Position numbers and translations under genes: made by a program. The notes beneath the pieces are model-generated. The model saw only the letters and a program-made list of their open reading frames with translations, ran no database searches and was not told where the DNA came from. DNA of 64,000 nt from an uncultured Acidobacteriota bacterium. Lineage in GTDB: Bacteria; Acidobacteriota; Thermoanaerobaculia; Multivoradales; UBA5704. The stretch is from positions 2,144,001 through 2,208,000 of the forward strand of contig CAVYRF010000001.1 of assembly GCA_963770895.1 (NCBI GenBank). Reading direction: 5' to 3'. This document shows, piece by piece, positions 46,801 through 56,500 of the stretch. Position 1 is the stretch's first letter. Each line of letters begins with the position of its first letter.

Positions 46801-49800
46801 GCGCTGCCGGAGCCGGAGCGGATGGGCGGGGGTGCGGATTCGGGAGTGGGATCTGTGGCGCCGCGGACGCCGGCCGAAGAGGTGGTGGCGGCCATCTGGT
46901 CGGAGGTCCTGGGCCTGTCGCGGGTGGGAGCCCTTGACAACTTCTTCGAGTTGGGCGGGCACTCGCTGCTGGCGGTGCGGGTCATCGCGCGGCTCCGCGA
47001 TGCGTTCGGGGTCGAGCTGCCGCTGCGCAAGCTGTTCGAAGCGCCGACGGTGGCACTCCTGGCCGCTCACGTCGAAGAGCGTCGGAGGGGGGCTGCCGAG
47101 CCGGCTGCGCCGGCGCTGGTGCCGGTTGCTCGCGACCGGCCTCTGCCGCTGTCGTTCGCCCAGGAGCGGCTGTGGTTTCTCGATCAGCTGCAGCCCGGCA
47201 GCGCGCAGTACAACCTGCCGCTGGCGCTGCGGCTGAGCGGGCCGTTGAATCCCGCGGCCCTGGCCTGGACGCTGGGCCGGGTCGAGCGCCGCCACGAGGC
47301 TTTGCGCACGGTGTTCCCGGCGGCCGAGGGGGCGCCGGTGCAGGTGATCCGGCCGGCTCGGGAGCCGTTCCCGTTGCCGGTCGTCGATCTGTCGGGGCTG
47401 GCTGCGGGAGCGCGGGAGGCGCATCTGGCCCGCCTGGCGGCGGCGGAGGCGCTGCGGCCGTTCGACCTGGCGCAGGGGCCGCTCTGGCGGGGGAGCCTGC
47501 TGCGGCTTGGCGTGGAGGACCATGGAGTGCTGTTGACGCAGCACCACATCGTCAGCGACGGCTGGTCGCTCGCGGTGCTGGTGCGCGAAGTGGTGGAGCT
47601 CTACGGGGCGGCGCTGGAAGCTCGGCCGCCGCGCCTTGCCGATCTGCCGATCCAGTACGCGGACTACGCGAGCTGGCAGCGGGACTGGCTTCTTCTCCCT
47701 GCCGGGAGTGCCGGCATGGCTGGTGTCGCCGGCCAGGGCGAGGCGCTGGCGGCGGGCCTGTCGTACTGGCGCCAGCGGCTGGCCGGAGCGCCGCCGGTCC
47801 TGGATCTGCCGGGCGACCGTCCGCGTCCGGCGGTGCGGAGCTGGCGGGGTGCGGCGCGGGCGGTGCGGCTGGAAGAAGGCTTGAGCCAGCAGCTCCGCGT
47901 GGCGAGCGTGCGCCAGGGTGCGACCCCGTTCATGACCCTGCTGGCGGGTTGGATGGCGGCCTTGGCCCGCTGGAGCGGCCAGGAAGACCTGAGCGTCGGC
48001 ACGCCGGTCGCGGGTCGCCCGCGGATCGAGCTCGAAGGCTTGCTCGGCTTCTTCATCAACACCCTGGTGTCGCGGTTGGATCTGGCGGGGATCAAGACCT
48101 TCCGGGAACTGGTCGTGCAGGTGCGGGAGGCCTGGCTCTCGGCCTACGAGCACCAGGCGGTGCCGTTCGAGAAGCTGGTCGAAGAGCTGGCACCGCAGCG
48201 CAGCCTCTCCTACACGCCGCTGTTTCAGGTGATGTTCGTGCTGCAGAACGCACCGCGCGCGTCGGCGCGGGTCGGCGGCCTGGCGCTGTCGCCGGTGGGA
48301 TTGGCGGGCACGAGCGCGAAATTCGACCTGACCCTGTCTCTGGAGGAGCAGGCAGGGGTCTTCGCGGGCGGCCTGGAGTACAGCACCGAGCTCTTCGACG
48401 CAGCGACGATGGCGCGATTCGTCGATCAGCTGACGCGGCTGTTGGCCGGTGCGGTCGCGGCACCGGACCAGGACCTGCGGTCGTTGCCTCTGCTGTCGGC
48501 CGCCGAAGAGCAGCAGCTGGCCGTCGAGTGGAGCGGCGCGGGGAGCCAGGCCACGGCCGCTGCCGGTGCCTCGGTCGTCGAGCGGTTCGAGAGCTGGGCG
48601 GCAAAGACCCCGGACGCCGTCGCCGTGCTGGCGCCGGGAGAGGCTCTCTCCTACGCCCATCTCGACGCCCGCGCCAACCGGCTCGCCCGCCGGCTGCGCT
48701 CGCTGGGCGTGACCGTCGAGGATCTGGTCGGTGTGTGCGCCGAGCGCTCCCCGGCGATGATCGTGGCCGTGTTCGGCATCCTCAAGGCCGGGGCCGCCTA
48801 CGTGCCGCTGGACCCGACCTATCCGCGCCAGCGCCTCGCCTACATGGTCGAGGACGCACGGCTGGCGGTGCTCGTCACCGAGGAACGGCTGCGCGGCCGC
48901 CTGCCGGAGACCCCGGAGACGGCCGCCAGGCTCCTGCTCCTCGATTCGGAGGGTGCGGAGGGGCGCGGTCTCGAAAGCGAGAGCGCGGAGCGGCTGCCCG
49001 CGATTGCGACGCCCGGCAGCCTGGCCTACGTGATCTACACCTCGGGCTCGACCGGCCGGCCGAAGGGGGTGATGATCCACCACCACGGCTGGAGCAACCT
49101 GGCGGAGGCCCAGCGGCGCCGGTTTGGCGTCGGTCCGGGAACCCGCGTGCTGCAGTTCGCCTCGCTCAGCTTCGACGCCTCGGCGTGGGATATCTCCATG
49201 GCGCTCTGCGCCGGGGCCATGCTGCTGCTCGGCCCCCGCGAGCGGCGTCTCGCCGCGGAGGAGCTGACCCTTTTGCTGCGGCAGTGCGACCTGGCCACCC
49301 TGCCGCCGGCCGTCCTCCCGACGCTGACGGCGGACGAATCGCCAGAGCTTTCGACCCTGATCGTGGGGGGCGAGGCCTGCCCCTTGCACGTGGCGCGGAC
49401 CTGGGTAGCCGGGCGGCGGTTCTTCAATGCCTACGGTCCCACCGAGGCCACGATCACCGCCACGGTGGCGCTCTATGACGGCGGGGATCGCCTGCCGATC
49501 GGCCGGCCGATCGACGGGGTAGAGGCCTGGGTGCTGGACGCGCGGGGGAACCCGGCTCCGATCGGAGTCGTGGGCGAGCTCTGCCTGGCCGGCGCCGGGT
49601 TGGCGCGGGGCTACCTGAACCGGCCCGAGCAGACGGCGCGGAGCTTCGTGCCGCACCCCTTCTCCGCGCTTCCCGGCGAGCGGCTCTACCGGACGGGCGA
49701 TCTGGCCTTCCGGCGGCCGGAGGGCAGCCTGGAAATCCTCGGCCGGCTCGATCATCAGGTCAAGATCCGCGGCTTCCGCGTCGAGCTCGGGGAGATCGAG

Positions 49801-52800
49801 GCGGTGCTGGCCGCGGTGCCAGGAGTGCGCGAGGCCGCGGTGGTGGCGCGCGCGAGCGGTGCGAGCGGCCTGCAGCTGGTCGCCTATGTCGTGGGCGACG
49901 TCACCGGCGATGTGTTGCGCCGCGCCCTGCGCGAGCGGCTGCCGGAGCACATGGTGCCGTCGTGGTTCGTGGTTCTGGAGTCTCTGCCGCTGACGCCGAA
50001 CGGCAAGCTGGACCGTCGGGCGCTGCCGGAGCCGGAGCGGATTGGCGGGGGTGCGGATTCGGGAGTGGGATCCGTGGCGCCGCGGACACCGGCCGAAGAG
50101 GTGGTGGCGGCCATCTGGTCGGAGGTCCTGGGCGTGTCGCGGGTGGCAGCCGAGGACAACTTCTTCGAGTTGGGCGGGCACTCGCTCCTGGCGGTGCGGG
50201 TCATCGCGCGGCTCCGAGCTGCGTTCGGGGTCGAGCTGCCGCTGCGCGAGCTGTTCGCGGCGCCGACGGTGGCGCTCCTGGCCGCTCAGGTCGAAGAGCG
50301 TCGGAGGGGGGCTGCCGAGCCGGTTGCGCCGGCGCTGGCGCCGGTTGCCCGCGACCGGCCTCTGCCGCTGTCGTTCGCGCAGGAGCGGCTGTGGTTTCTC
50401 GATCAGCTGCAGCCGGGCAGCGCGCAGTACAACCTGCCGCTGGCGCTGCGGGTGAGCGGGCCGTTGAATCCCGCGGCCCTGGCCTGGACGCTGGGCCGGG
50501 TGGAGCGTCGCCACGAGGCTTTGCGCACGGTCTTCCCGGCGGTCGAGGGGGCACCGGCGCAGATGATCCGTCCGCCTCGGGAGCCGTTCCCGCTGCCGGT
50601 CGTCGATCTGTCGGGGCTGGCGGAGGGAGCGCGGGAGGTGCATCTGGGCCGCCTGGCGGCGGCGGAGGCGCTGCGGCCGTTCGACCTGGCGCAGGGTCCG
50701 CTCTGGCGGGGGAGCCTGCTGCGGCTTGGCGAGCAGGACCACGGAGTGCTGTTGACGCAGCACCACATCGTCAGCGACGGCTGGTCGCTCGCGGTGCTGG
50801 TGCGCGAAGCGGTGGAGCTCTACGGAGCGGTCCTGGAAGCTCGGCCGCCGCGCCTTGCGGATCTGCCGATCCAGTACGCCGACTACGCGAGCTGGCAGCG
50901 GGGCTGGCTTAAGGGCGAGGCGCTGGCGGCGGGCCTGTCGTACTGGCGAGAGCGTCTGGCCGGGGCGCCGCCGGTCCTGGATCTGCCGGGCGACCGTCCG
51001 CGTCCGGCGGTGCGGAGCTGGCGGGGTGCGGCGCGGGCGGTGCGGCTGGAAGAAGGCTTGAGCCGGCAGCTGCGCGCGGCGAGCGTGCGGCAGGGGGCGA
51101 CCCCGTTCATGACCCTGCTGGCGGGTTGGATGGCGGCTTTGGCCCGCTGGAGCGGCCAGGAGGACCTGAGCGTCGGCACGCCGGTCGCGGGTCGCCCGCG
51201 GATCGAGCTCGAAGGCTTGCTCGGCTTCTTCATCAACACCCTGGTGTCGCGGTTGGATCTGTCGGGGATCAAGACCTTCCGGGAACTGGTCGTGCAGGTG
51301 CGGGAGGCCTGGCTCTCGGCCTACGAGCACCAGGCGGTGCCGTTCGAGAAGCTGGTCGAAGAGCTGGCACCGCAGCGCAGCCTCTCCTACACCCCGCTGT
51401 TTCAGGTGATGTTCGTACTGCAGAACGCACCGCGCGCGTCGGCGCGGGTCGGCGGCCTGGCGCTGTCGCCGGTGGGATTGGCGGGCACGAGCGCGAAGTT
51501 CGACCTGACGCTGGCGCTGGAGGAGCAGGCAGGGGTCTTCGCGGGTGGCCTGGAGTACAGCACGGAGCTCTTCGACGCAGCGACGATGGCGCGATTCGTC
51601 GATCAGCTGACGCGGCTGTTGGCCGGTGCGGTCGCGGCACCGGACCAGGACCTGCGGTCGTTGCCTCTGCTGTCGGCTGCCGAAGAGCACCAGTTGGTCG
51701 TCGAGTGGAGCGGCACGGGGCGTCAGGCCGCGGCCGCTGCCGGTGCCTCGGTCGTCGAGCGGTTCGAAAGCTGGGCGGCAAAGACCCCGGACGCCGTCGC
51801 CGTGCTGGCGCCGGGAGAGGCTCTCTCCTACGCCCATCTCGACGCCCGGGCCAACCGGCTCGCCCGCCGGCTGCGCTCGTTGGGCGTGACCGTCGAGGAT
51901 CTGGTCGGCGTGTGCGCCGAGCGCTCCCCGGCGATGATCGTCGCCGTGTTCGGCATCCTCAAGGCCGGGGCCGCCTACGTGCCGCTGGACCCGACCTATC
52001 CGCGCCAGCGCCTCGCCTACATGGTCGAGGACGCACGGCTCGCGGTGCTCGTCACCGAGGAACGGCTGCGCGGCCGCCTGCCGGAGACCCCGGAGACGGC
52101 CGCCAGGCTCCTGCTCCTCGATTCGGAGGGTGCAGACGAGCGCGGTTTCGACTGCAAGAGCGCGGAGGGGCTGCCCGGGATTGCGACGCCCGGCAGCCTG
52201 GCCTACGTGATCTACACCTCGGGCTCGACCGGCCGGCCGAAGGGGGCGATGATCCACCACCACGGCTGGAGCAACCTGGCGGAGGCCCAGCGGCGCCGGT
52301 TCGGCGTCGGCCCGGCAGACCGCGTGCTGCAGTTCGCCTCGCTCAGCTTCGACGCCTCGGCGTGGGAGATCTCCATGGCGCTCTGCGCCGGGGCCACGCT
52401 GCTGCTCGGCCCCCGCGAGCGGCGTCTCTCCGCAGAGGAGCTGACCCTTTTGCTGCGGCACTGCGACCTGGCCGTCCTGCCGCCGGCCGTCCTCCCGACG
52501 CTGACGGCGGAAGAATCGCCAGAGCTTTCGACCCTGATCGTGGGCGGCGAGGCCTGCCCCTTGCACGTGGCGCGGACCTGGGCAGCCGGGCGGCGGTTCT
52601 TCAATGCCTACGGTCCCACCGAGGCCACGGTCTGCGCCACGGTGGCGCTCTATGACGGCGGGGATCGCCTGCCGATCGGCCGGCCGATCGACGGAGTTCA
52701 GGCCTGGGTGCTGGACGCGCGGGGGAACCCGGCTCCGATCGGAGTCGTGGGCGAGCTCTGCCTGGGCGGCGCCGGGTTGGCGCGGGGCTACCTGAACCGG

Positions 52801-53571
52801 CCCGAGCAGACGGCGCGGAGCTTCGTGCCGCACCCCTTCCCCATGCACGCCGGCGAGCGGCTGTACCGGACGGGCGATCTGGCCTTCCGGCGGCCGGAGG
52901 GCAGCCTGGAAATCCTCGGCCGGCTCGATCATCAGGTCAAGATCCGCGGCTTCCGCGTCGAGCTCGGGGAGATCGAGGCGGTGCTGGCCGCGGTGCCAGG
53001 AGTGCGCGAGGCCGCGGTGGTGGCGCGCGCGAGCGGTGCGAGCGGCCTGCAGCTGGTCGCCTACGCAGTGAGCGACGTCACCGGCGATGTGTTGCGCCGC
53101 GCCCTGCGCGAGCGGTTGCCGGAGCACATGGTGCCGTCGTGGTTCGTGGCGCTCGACGCCCTGCCCCTGACGCCGAACGGGAAGCTCGACCGCCATGCGC
53201 TGCCGGCGCCGGAGCTGGGCGGGGGTGCAGGTTCGAGCGTGGGGTATGTGGCGCCGCGGACGCCGGCCGAAGAGCTGGTGGCGGCGATCTGGTCGGACGT
53301 GCTGGGCGTGTCCCGGGTGGGAGCCCTCGACAACTTCTTCGAGCTGGGAGGGCACTCGCTGCTGGCCGTGCAGGCCATCGCGCGGCTGCGTTCCATCTTC
53401 CCGGTCGATCTGCCGCTGCGCGTTCTTTTCGAGCACCCCACCGTGGGCGGCACCGCCCAAACGGTGGCAGAGGCTCTGGGAGGAGAGGACGTCGCAAACG
53501 ACGTCGCGCGGCTCTATCAGCAGCTGCAAGCGCTCAGCGACAAAGAGGTCCAGGAGTCGCTTTCACGATGA
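43831..53571 (+). CDS. NRPS4: C-A(Pro-like scaffold)-T-C-A(aromatic)-T-C-A(aromatic)-T
   Basis: Start MPSQRTLSTGRL chosen by similarity to the NRPS5 N-terminus (alternative ATG 43822). C motifs HHIVCDAAS and HHIVSDGWS x2. A codes DVCITTHVVK, DAWTIGAITK, DAWVIGAVCK. T domains GGHSL. Acidic tail QLQALSDKEVQESLSR. Confidence 0.95.
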   Translation: MPSQRTLSTGRLADLQKILKGRGSGAGRVQSEPLRRRAGSGPCALSFAQERLWFIDQLEPGSSLYTVPVQARLEEKPRVEVLRRTLVAIVRRHEVLRTRYESVAGRPVQVIDREPAGEILPLVDLGGLADARRGRELRRLAIEETDRPFDLSRGPVFRALLVRLDQEEHRLLANLHHIVCDAASTQVLLRELSSLYAAFSAGEASPLPELAVQYADYAAWQRARFESGGAAAELAYWRGALGEHPPVLELPTDRPRPAVQTWRGATRSVELSGELSASLGRLSRQSGATLFMTLLAVFVGLLRRYSAQPDLCVGTPISGRHRVELENLIGFFLNTLVIRVDSPGDPQFADLLALVRERSLAAFANRDLPFEKLVEELQPSRDLSHSPLFQVLFVLLHSAATPSFPGGLWHEPVAVRTSKFDLTVSVEAATSGMAVAVEYNTDLFDGATMARLLDHFGHLAAAVAVQSERRLSALPMLGEAERQSLLVESNDTSSSYACGGVHRLFEAQVERAPEATALVWEAETLSYGELDRRAGRLARRLVELGVGAESRVGLQLGRSADLSIGLLAILKAGGAYVPIDPLYPPQRRELMLADAQVSVLLTRESLACELSGGYSLLCLDRAPRGSALHGSWSPVEVADSNLAYVIYTSGSTGRPKGVSLAHGALRNLIEWHLATLLGGARTLQFASVSFDVSFCEMFACWGSGGTLYLISEEARRDVAMLGRYLVSRGLEKVILPVVVLQQLAEQFGRGGDLPPLLEVTTTGEQLQTTRAMGELCERLGACAFHNHYGPSESHVVTAYRLGREPGEWLTHPSIGVPIGNSSTYTLDGSLAPVPTGVAGELYLGGVCLARGYLGRPDLTAERFVPHPFSEPGGERLYRTGDKVRRLVDGTLDFLGRFDHQVKVRGFRVELEEVESVLGRHPEVLHTVVIAREMGVGDRRLIAYVVPSRAETDAAAWRRYLQERLPEYMVPSWFVVLESLPLTPNGKVDRRALPEPERMGGGADSGVGSVAPRTPAEEVVAAIWSEVLGLSRVGALDNFFELGGHSLLAVRVIARLRDAFGVELPLRKLFEAPTVALLAAHVEERRRGAAEPAAPALVPVARDRPLPLSFAQERLWFLDQLQPGSAQYNLPLALRLSGPLNPAALAWTLGRVERRHEALRTVFPAAEGAPVQVIRPAREPFPLPVVDLSGLAAGAREAHLARLAAAEALRPFDLAQGPLWRGSLLRLGVEDHGVLLTQHHIVSDGWSLAVLVREVVELYGAALEARPPRLADLPIQYADYASWQRDWLLLPAGSAGMAGVAGQGEALAAGLSYWRQRLAGAPPVLDLPGDRPRPAVRSWRGAARAVRLEEGLSQQLRVASVRQGATPFMTLLAGWMAALARWSGQEDLSVGTPVAGRPRIELEGLLGFFINTLVSRLDLAGIKTFRELVVQVREAWLSAYEHQAVPFEKLVEELAPQRSLSYTPLFQVMFVLQNAPRASARVGGLALSPVGLAGTSAKFDLTLSLEEQAGVFAGGLEYSTELFDAATMARFVDQLTRLLAGAVAAPDQDLRSLPLLSAAEEQQLAVEWSGAGSQATAAAGASVVERFESWAAKTPDAVAVLAPGEALSYAHLDARANRLARRLRSLGVTVEDLVGVCAERSPAMIVAVFGILKAGAAYVPLDPTYPRQRLAYMVEDARLAVLVTEERLRGRLPETPETAARLLLLDSEGAEGRGLESESAERLPAIATPGSLAYVIYTSGSTGRPKGVMIHHHGWSNLAEAQRRRFGVGPGTRVLQFASLSFDASAWDISMALCAGAMLLLGPRERRLAAEELTLLLRQCDLATLPPAVLPTLTADESPELSTLIVGGEACPLHVARTWVAGRRFFNAYGPTEATITATVALYDGGDRLPIGRPIDGVEAWVLDARGNPAPIGVVGELCLAGAGLARGYLNRPEQTARSFVPHPFSALPGERLYRTGDLAFRRPEGSLEILGRLDHQVKIRGFRVELGEIEAVLAAVPGVREAAVVARASGASGLQLVAYVVGDVTGDVLRRALRERLPEHMVPSWFVVLESLPLTPNGKLDRRALPEPERIGGGADSGVGSVAPRTPAEEVVAAIWSEVLGVSRVAAEDNFFELGGHSLLAVRVIARLRAAFGVELPLRELFAAPTVALLAAQVEERRRGAAEPVAPALAPVARDRPLPLSFAQERLWFLDQLQPGSAQYNLPLALRVSGPLNPAALAWTLGRVERRHEALRTVFPAVEGAPAQMIRPPREPFPLPVVDLSGLAEGAREVHLGRLAAAEALRPFDLAQGPLWRGSLLRLGEQDHGVLLTQHHIVSDGWSLAVLVREAVELYGAVLEARPPRLADLPIQYADYASWQRGWLKGEALAAGLSYWRERLAGAPPVLDLPGDRPRPAVRSWRGAARAVRLEEGLSRQLRAASVRQGATPFMTLLAGWMAALARWSGQEDLSVGTPVAGRPRIELEGLLGFFINTLVSRLDLSGIKTFRELVVQVREAWLSAYEHQAVPFEKLVEELAPQRSLSYTPLFQVMFVLQNAPRASARVGGLALSPVGLAGTSAKFDLTLALEEQAGVFAGGLEYSTELFDAATMARFVDQLTRLLAGAVAAPDQDLRSLPLLSAAEEHQLVVEWSGTGRQAAAAAGASVVERFESWAAKTPDAVAVLAPGEALSYAHLDARANRLARRLRSLGVTVEDLVGVCAERSPAMIVAVFGILKAGAAYVPLDPTYPRQRLAYMVEDARLAVLVTEERLRGRLPETPETAARLLLLDSEGADERGFDCKSAEGLPGIATPGSLAYVIYTSGSTGRPKGAMIHHHGWSNLAEAQRRRFGVGPADRVLQFASLSFDASAWEISMALCAGATLLLGPRERRLSAEELTLLLRHCDLAVLPPAVLPTLTAEESPELSTLIVGGEACPLHVARTWAAGRRFFNAYGPTEATVCATVALYDGGDRLPIGRPIDGVQAWVLDARGNPAPIGVVGELCLGGAGLARGYLNRPEQTARSFVPHPFPMHAGERLYRTGDLAFRRPEGSLEILGRLDHQVKIRGFRVELGEIEAVLAAVPGVREAAVVARASGASGLQLVAYAVSDVTGDVLRRALRERLPEHMVPSWFVALDALPLTPNGKLDRHALPAPELGGGAGSSVGYVAPRTPAEELVAAIWSDVLGVSRVGALDNFFELGGHSLLAVQAIARLRSIFPVDLPLRVLFEHPTVGGTAQTVAEALGGEDVANDVARLYQQLQALSDKEVQESLSR

Positions 53572-56500
53572 CACAGGGGATGCTCTCCACCGACCGCCTG
53601 GCGCTGCTCAAAAAGATTTTGCAGGAGCGTGGAATCGGCGTGGGCCGAGCGCAGAGCGAGCCTCTGCGGCGCCGCTCGGGCGACGGGCCCTGCGCGCTGT
53701 CGTTCGCCCAGGAGCGTCTGTGGTTCATCGATCAGCTGGAGCCCGGCAGCTCGCTCTACAACGTGCCGGTGCATGCGCGCCTCGAGGAGAAGCCGCGGGT
53801 CGACGTCCTGCGGCGTGCGCTCGTCGAGATCCTGCGACGGCACGAGGTCCTGCGCACCCGTTATGAGAGCGTGGCCGGTCGACCGGTCCAGGTGATCGAC
53901 CGCAAGCCGGTAACGAAGGCCCTGCCGCTGGTCGACCTGGGGGGACTGGCCGACGCCCCCCGCGGCACGGAGATGCGGCGGCTGGCGGTCGAGGAGGCGG
54001 AGCGGCCGTTCGATCTCGGCGGGGGTCCGGTCTTTCGCGCGCTGCTGGTGCGTCTGGACCAGGCGGAGCACCGGCTGCTCGCCAATCTGCACCATATCGT
54101 GTGGGACGCGGCGTCGACCCAGGTGCTGCTGCGGGAGCTGTCCTCGCTCTACGCGGCTTTCTCGGCGGGCGAGTCTTCGCCGCTGCCGGAGCTTGCGGTG
54201 CAGTACGCCGACTATGCGGCGTGGCAACGGGCCTGGTTCGAGAGCGCGGGCGCGGCGGCGGAGCTCGCGTATTGGCGCGGTGCCCTGGGGGCGGACCCGC
54301 CGGTGCTGGAGCTCCCCACCGACCGGCCGCGGCCGGCGGTACAGACCTGGCGCGGCGCGGCGCGCTCGGTGGTGCTGTCCGGCGAGCTGAGCGCGTCGCT
54401 GGGCCGTTTGAGCCGGCAGTCGGGAGCGACGCTGTTCATGACCCTGCTGGCGGTGTTCGTGGGTCTGCTGCGACGTTACAGCGGCCAGTCGGATCTATGC
54501 GTGGGCACTCCGATCACGGGCCGGCACCGGATGGAGCTGGAAAACCTGATCGGTTTCTTTCTCAACACCCTGGTGATCCGCGTGGATTCGCCCGGGGACC
54601 CGCAATTCGCCGATCTCCTGGCCCTGGTGCGGGAGAGATCGCTCGCCGCGTTCGCCAACCAGGAGCTGCCCTTCGAGAAGCTGGTCGAGGAGCTGCAGCC
54701 GAGCCGCAACCTGTCCCATTCGCCGCTGTTCCAGGTGCTGTTCGTGCTCCTGCATGGCGCTGAGATCCCCTCGTTTCCGGGCGGCCTGTGGCAGGGCGAG
54801 CCGGCTGCGGTGCGGACGTCGAAGTTCGACCTCACCCTGTCGATCGGGGCGGGAGCGTCGGGGATGGAGGTAACGGTCGAGTACAACACCGACCTCTTCG
54901 ACGGCGCCACGATGGCGCGCCTGCTCGATCACTTCGGCCACCTGGCGGCGGAGGTGGCCGTGCACTCGGAGCGGCGTCTGTCGGCCTTGCCGATGCTGGG
55001 CGATCCGGAGCGGCAGTCGCTCCTCGTCGAGAGCAACGACACGTCGTCTTCCTATGCCTGTGGGGGGGTGCACCGTCTGTTCGAGGCGCAGGTGGAGCGT
55101 GCGCCGGAGGCGACGGCCCTGGTGTGGGAGGGAGAGAGTTTCAGCTATGGAGAGCTGGATCGGCGCGCCGGGCGGTTGGCGCGCCGGCTCGTCGAGCTGG
55201 GCGTGGGCGCGGAGTCGCGGGTGGGTCTGCAGCTCGGGCGGTCGGCGGACCTTTTGATCGGCCTGCTGGCGATCTTGAAGGCGGGTGGCGCCTACGTGCC
55301 GATCGATCCTCTCTATCCGCCGCGACGTCGGGAGCTGATGCTGGCCGATGCCCAGGTGTCGGTGCTGCTCACCCGGGAGAGCCTGGCGTGCGAGCTCTCG
55401 GGCGGCTATCCGCTGCTGTGCCTGGACCGTGAGCCGTTCGACTCCGCGCTGGACGGCTCGTGGAGCCCGGTGGAGGTCGCCGACTCGAACCTCGCCTACG
55501 TGATCTACACCTCGGGTTCGACGGGCCGCCCGAAGGGGGTGAGCCTGCCGCATGGAGCTCTGCGCAACCTGATCGAGTGGCACCTCGCGACGCTGCTCGG
55601 CGGCGCGCGGACGCTGCAGTTCGCCTCGGTGAGCTTCGATGCGAGCTTCCACGAGATGTTCGCCTGCTGGGGCTCGGGCGGAACGCTGTACCTGATCTCG
55701 GAAGAGGTTCGCCGCGACGTGGCGATGCTGGGTCGGTATCTGGTGAGCCGGGGTTTGGAAAAGGTGATCCTGCCGGTGGTGGTGCTGCAGCAGCTGGCCG
55801 AGGAGTACGGTCGCGGCGGGGATCTGCCGCCGCTCCTGGAGGTGACGACGACGGGCGAGCAGCTGCAGACGACGCGTGCGATGGGCGAGCTGTGCGAGCG
55901 CCTGGGCTCGTGCGCGTTCCACAACCACTACGGTCCTTCCGAGAGCCACGTGGTGACGGCGTACCGTCTGAGCCGGGAGCCCGGGGAGTGGCTGACCCAT
56001 CCGTCGATCGGGGTGGCGATCGGCAACAGCTCGACCTGGCTGCTCGATCGCGACCTGGCGCCGGTGCCCACGGGAGTGGCCGGGGAGCTCTATCTGGGAG
56101 GGGCCTGCCTGGCTCGCGGCTACCTGGGCCGGCCGGATCTGACGGCGGAGCGTTTCGTGCCCCACCCGTTCGGCGAGCCGGGCGGGGAGCGCCTGTACCG
56201 GACGGGGGACAAGGTCCGCCGTCTGGCGGACGGCACGCTGGACTTCCTGGGCCGGCTCGACCATCAGGTGAAGGTGCGGGGATTCCGCGTGGAGTTGGGG
56301 GAGATCGAGTCGGTGCTGGGCCGGCATCCCGCAGTGCTGCAGGTGACGGTTTTGGCGCGGGAAGCGGGGCCGGGGGATCGCCGCCTGATCGCGTATGTGG
56401 TGCCGTCGCGAGCGGAGACCGACGCGGCGGAGTGGCGCCGGTACCTGCAGGAGCGGCTGCCGGAGTACATGGTGCCGTCGTGGTTCGTGGTGCTCGACGC

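Noticed and set aside
44761-53529. Long minus-strand ORFs opposite NRPS1, 2, 4 and 5 (for example 5168-10801, 18366-24437, 44761-53529)
   Set aside because: Antisense shadow frames with no recognisable motifs.
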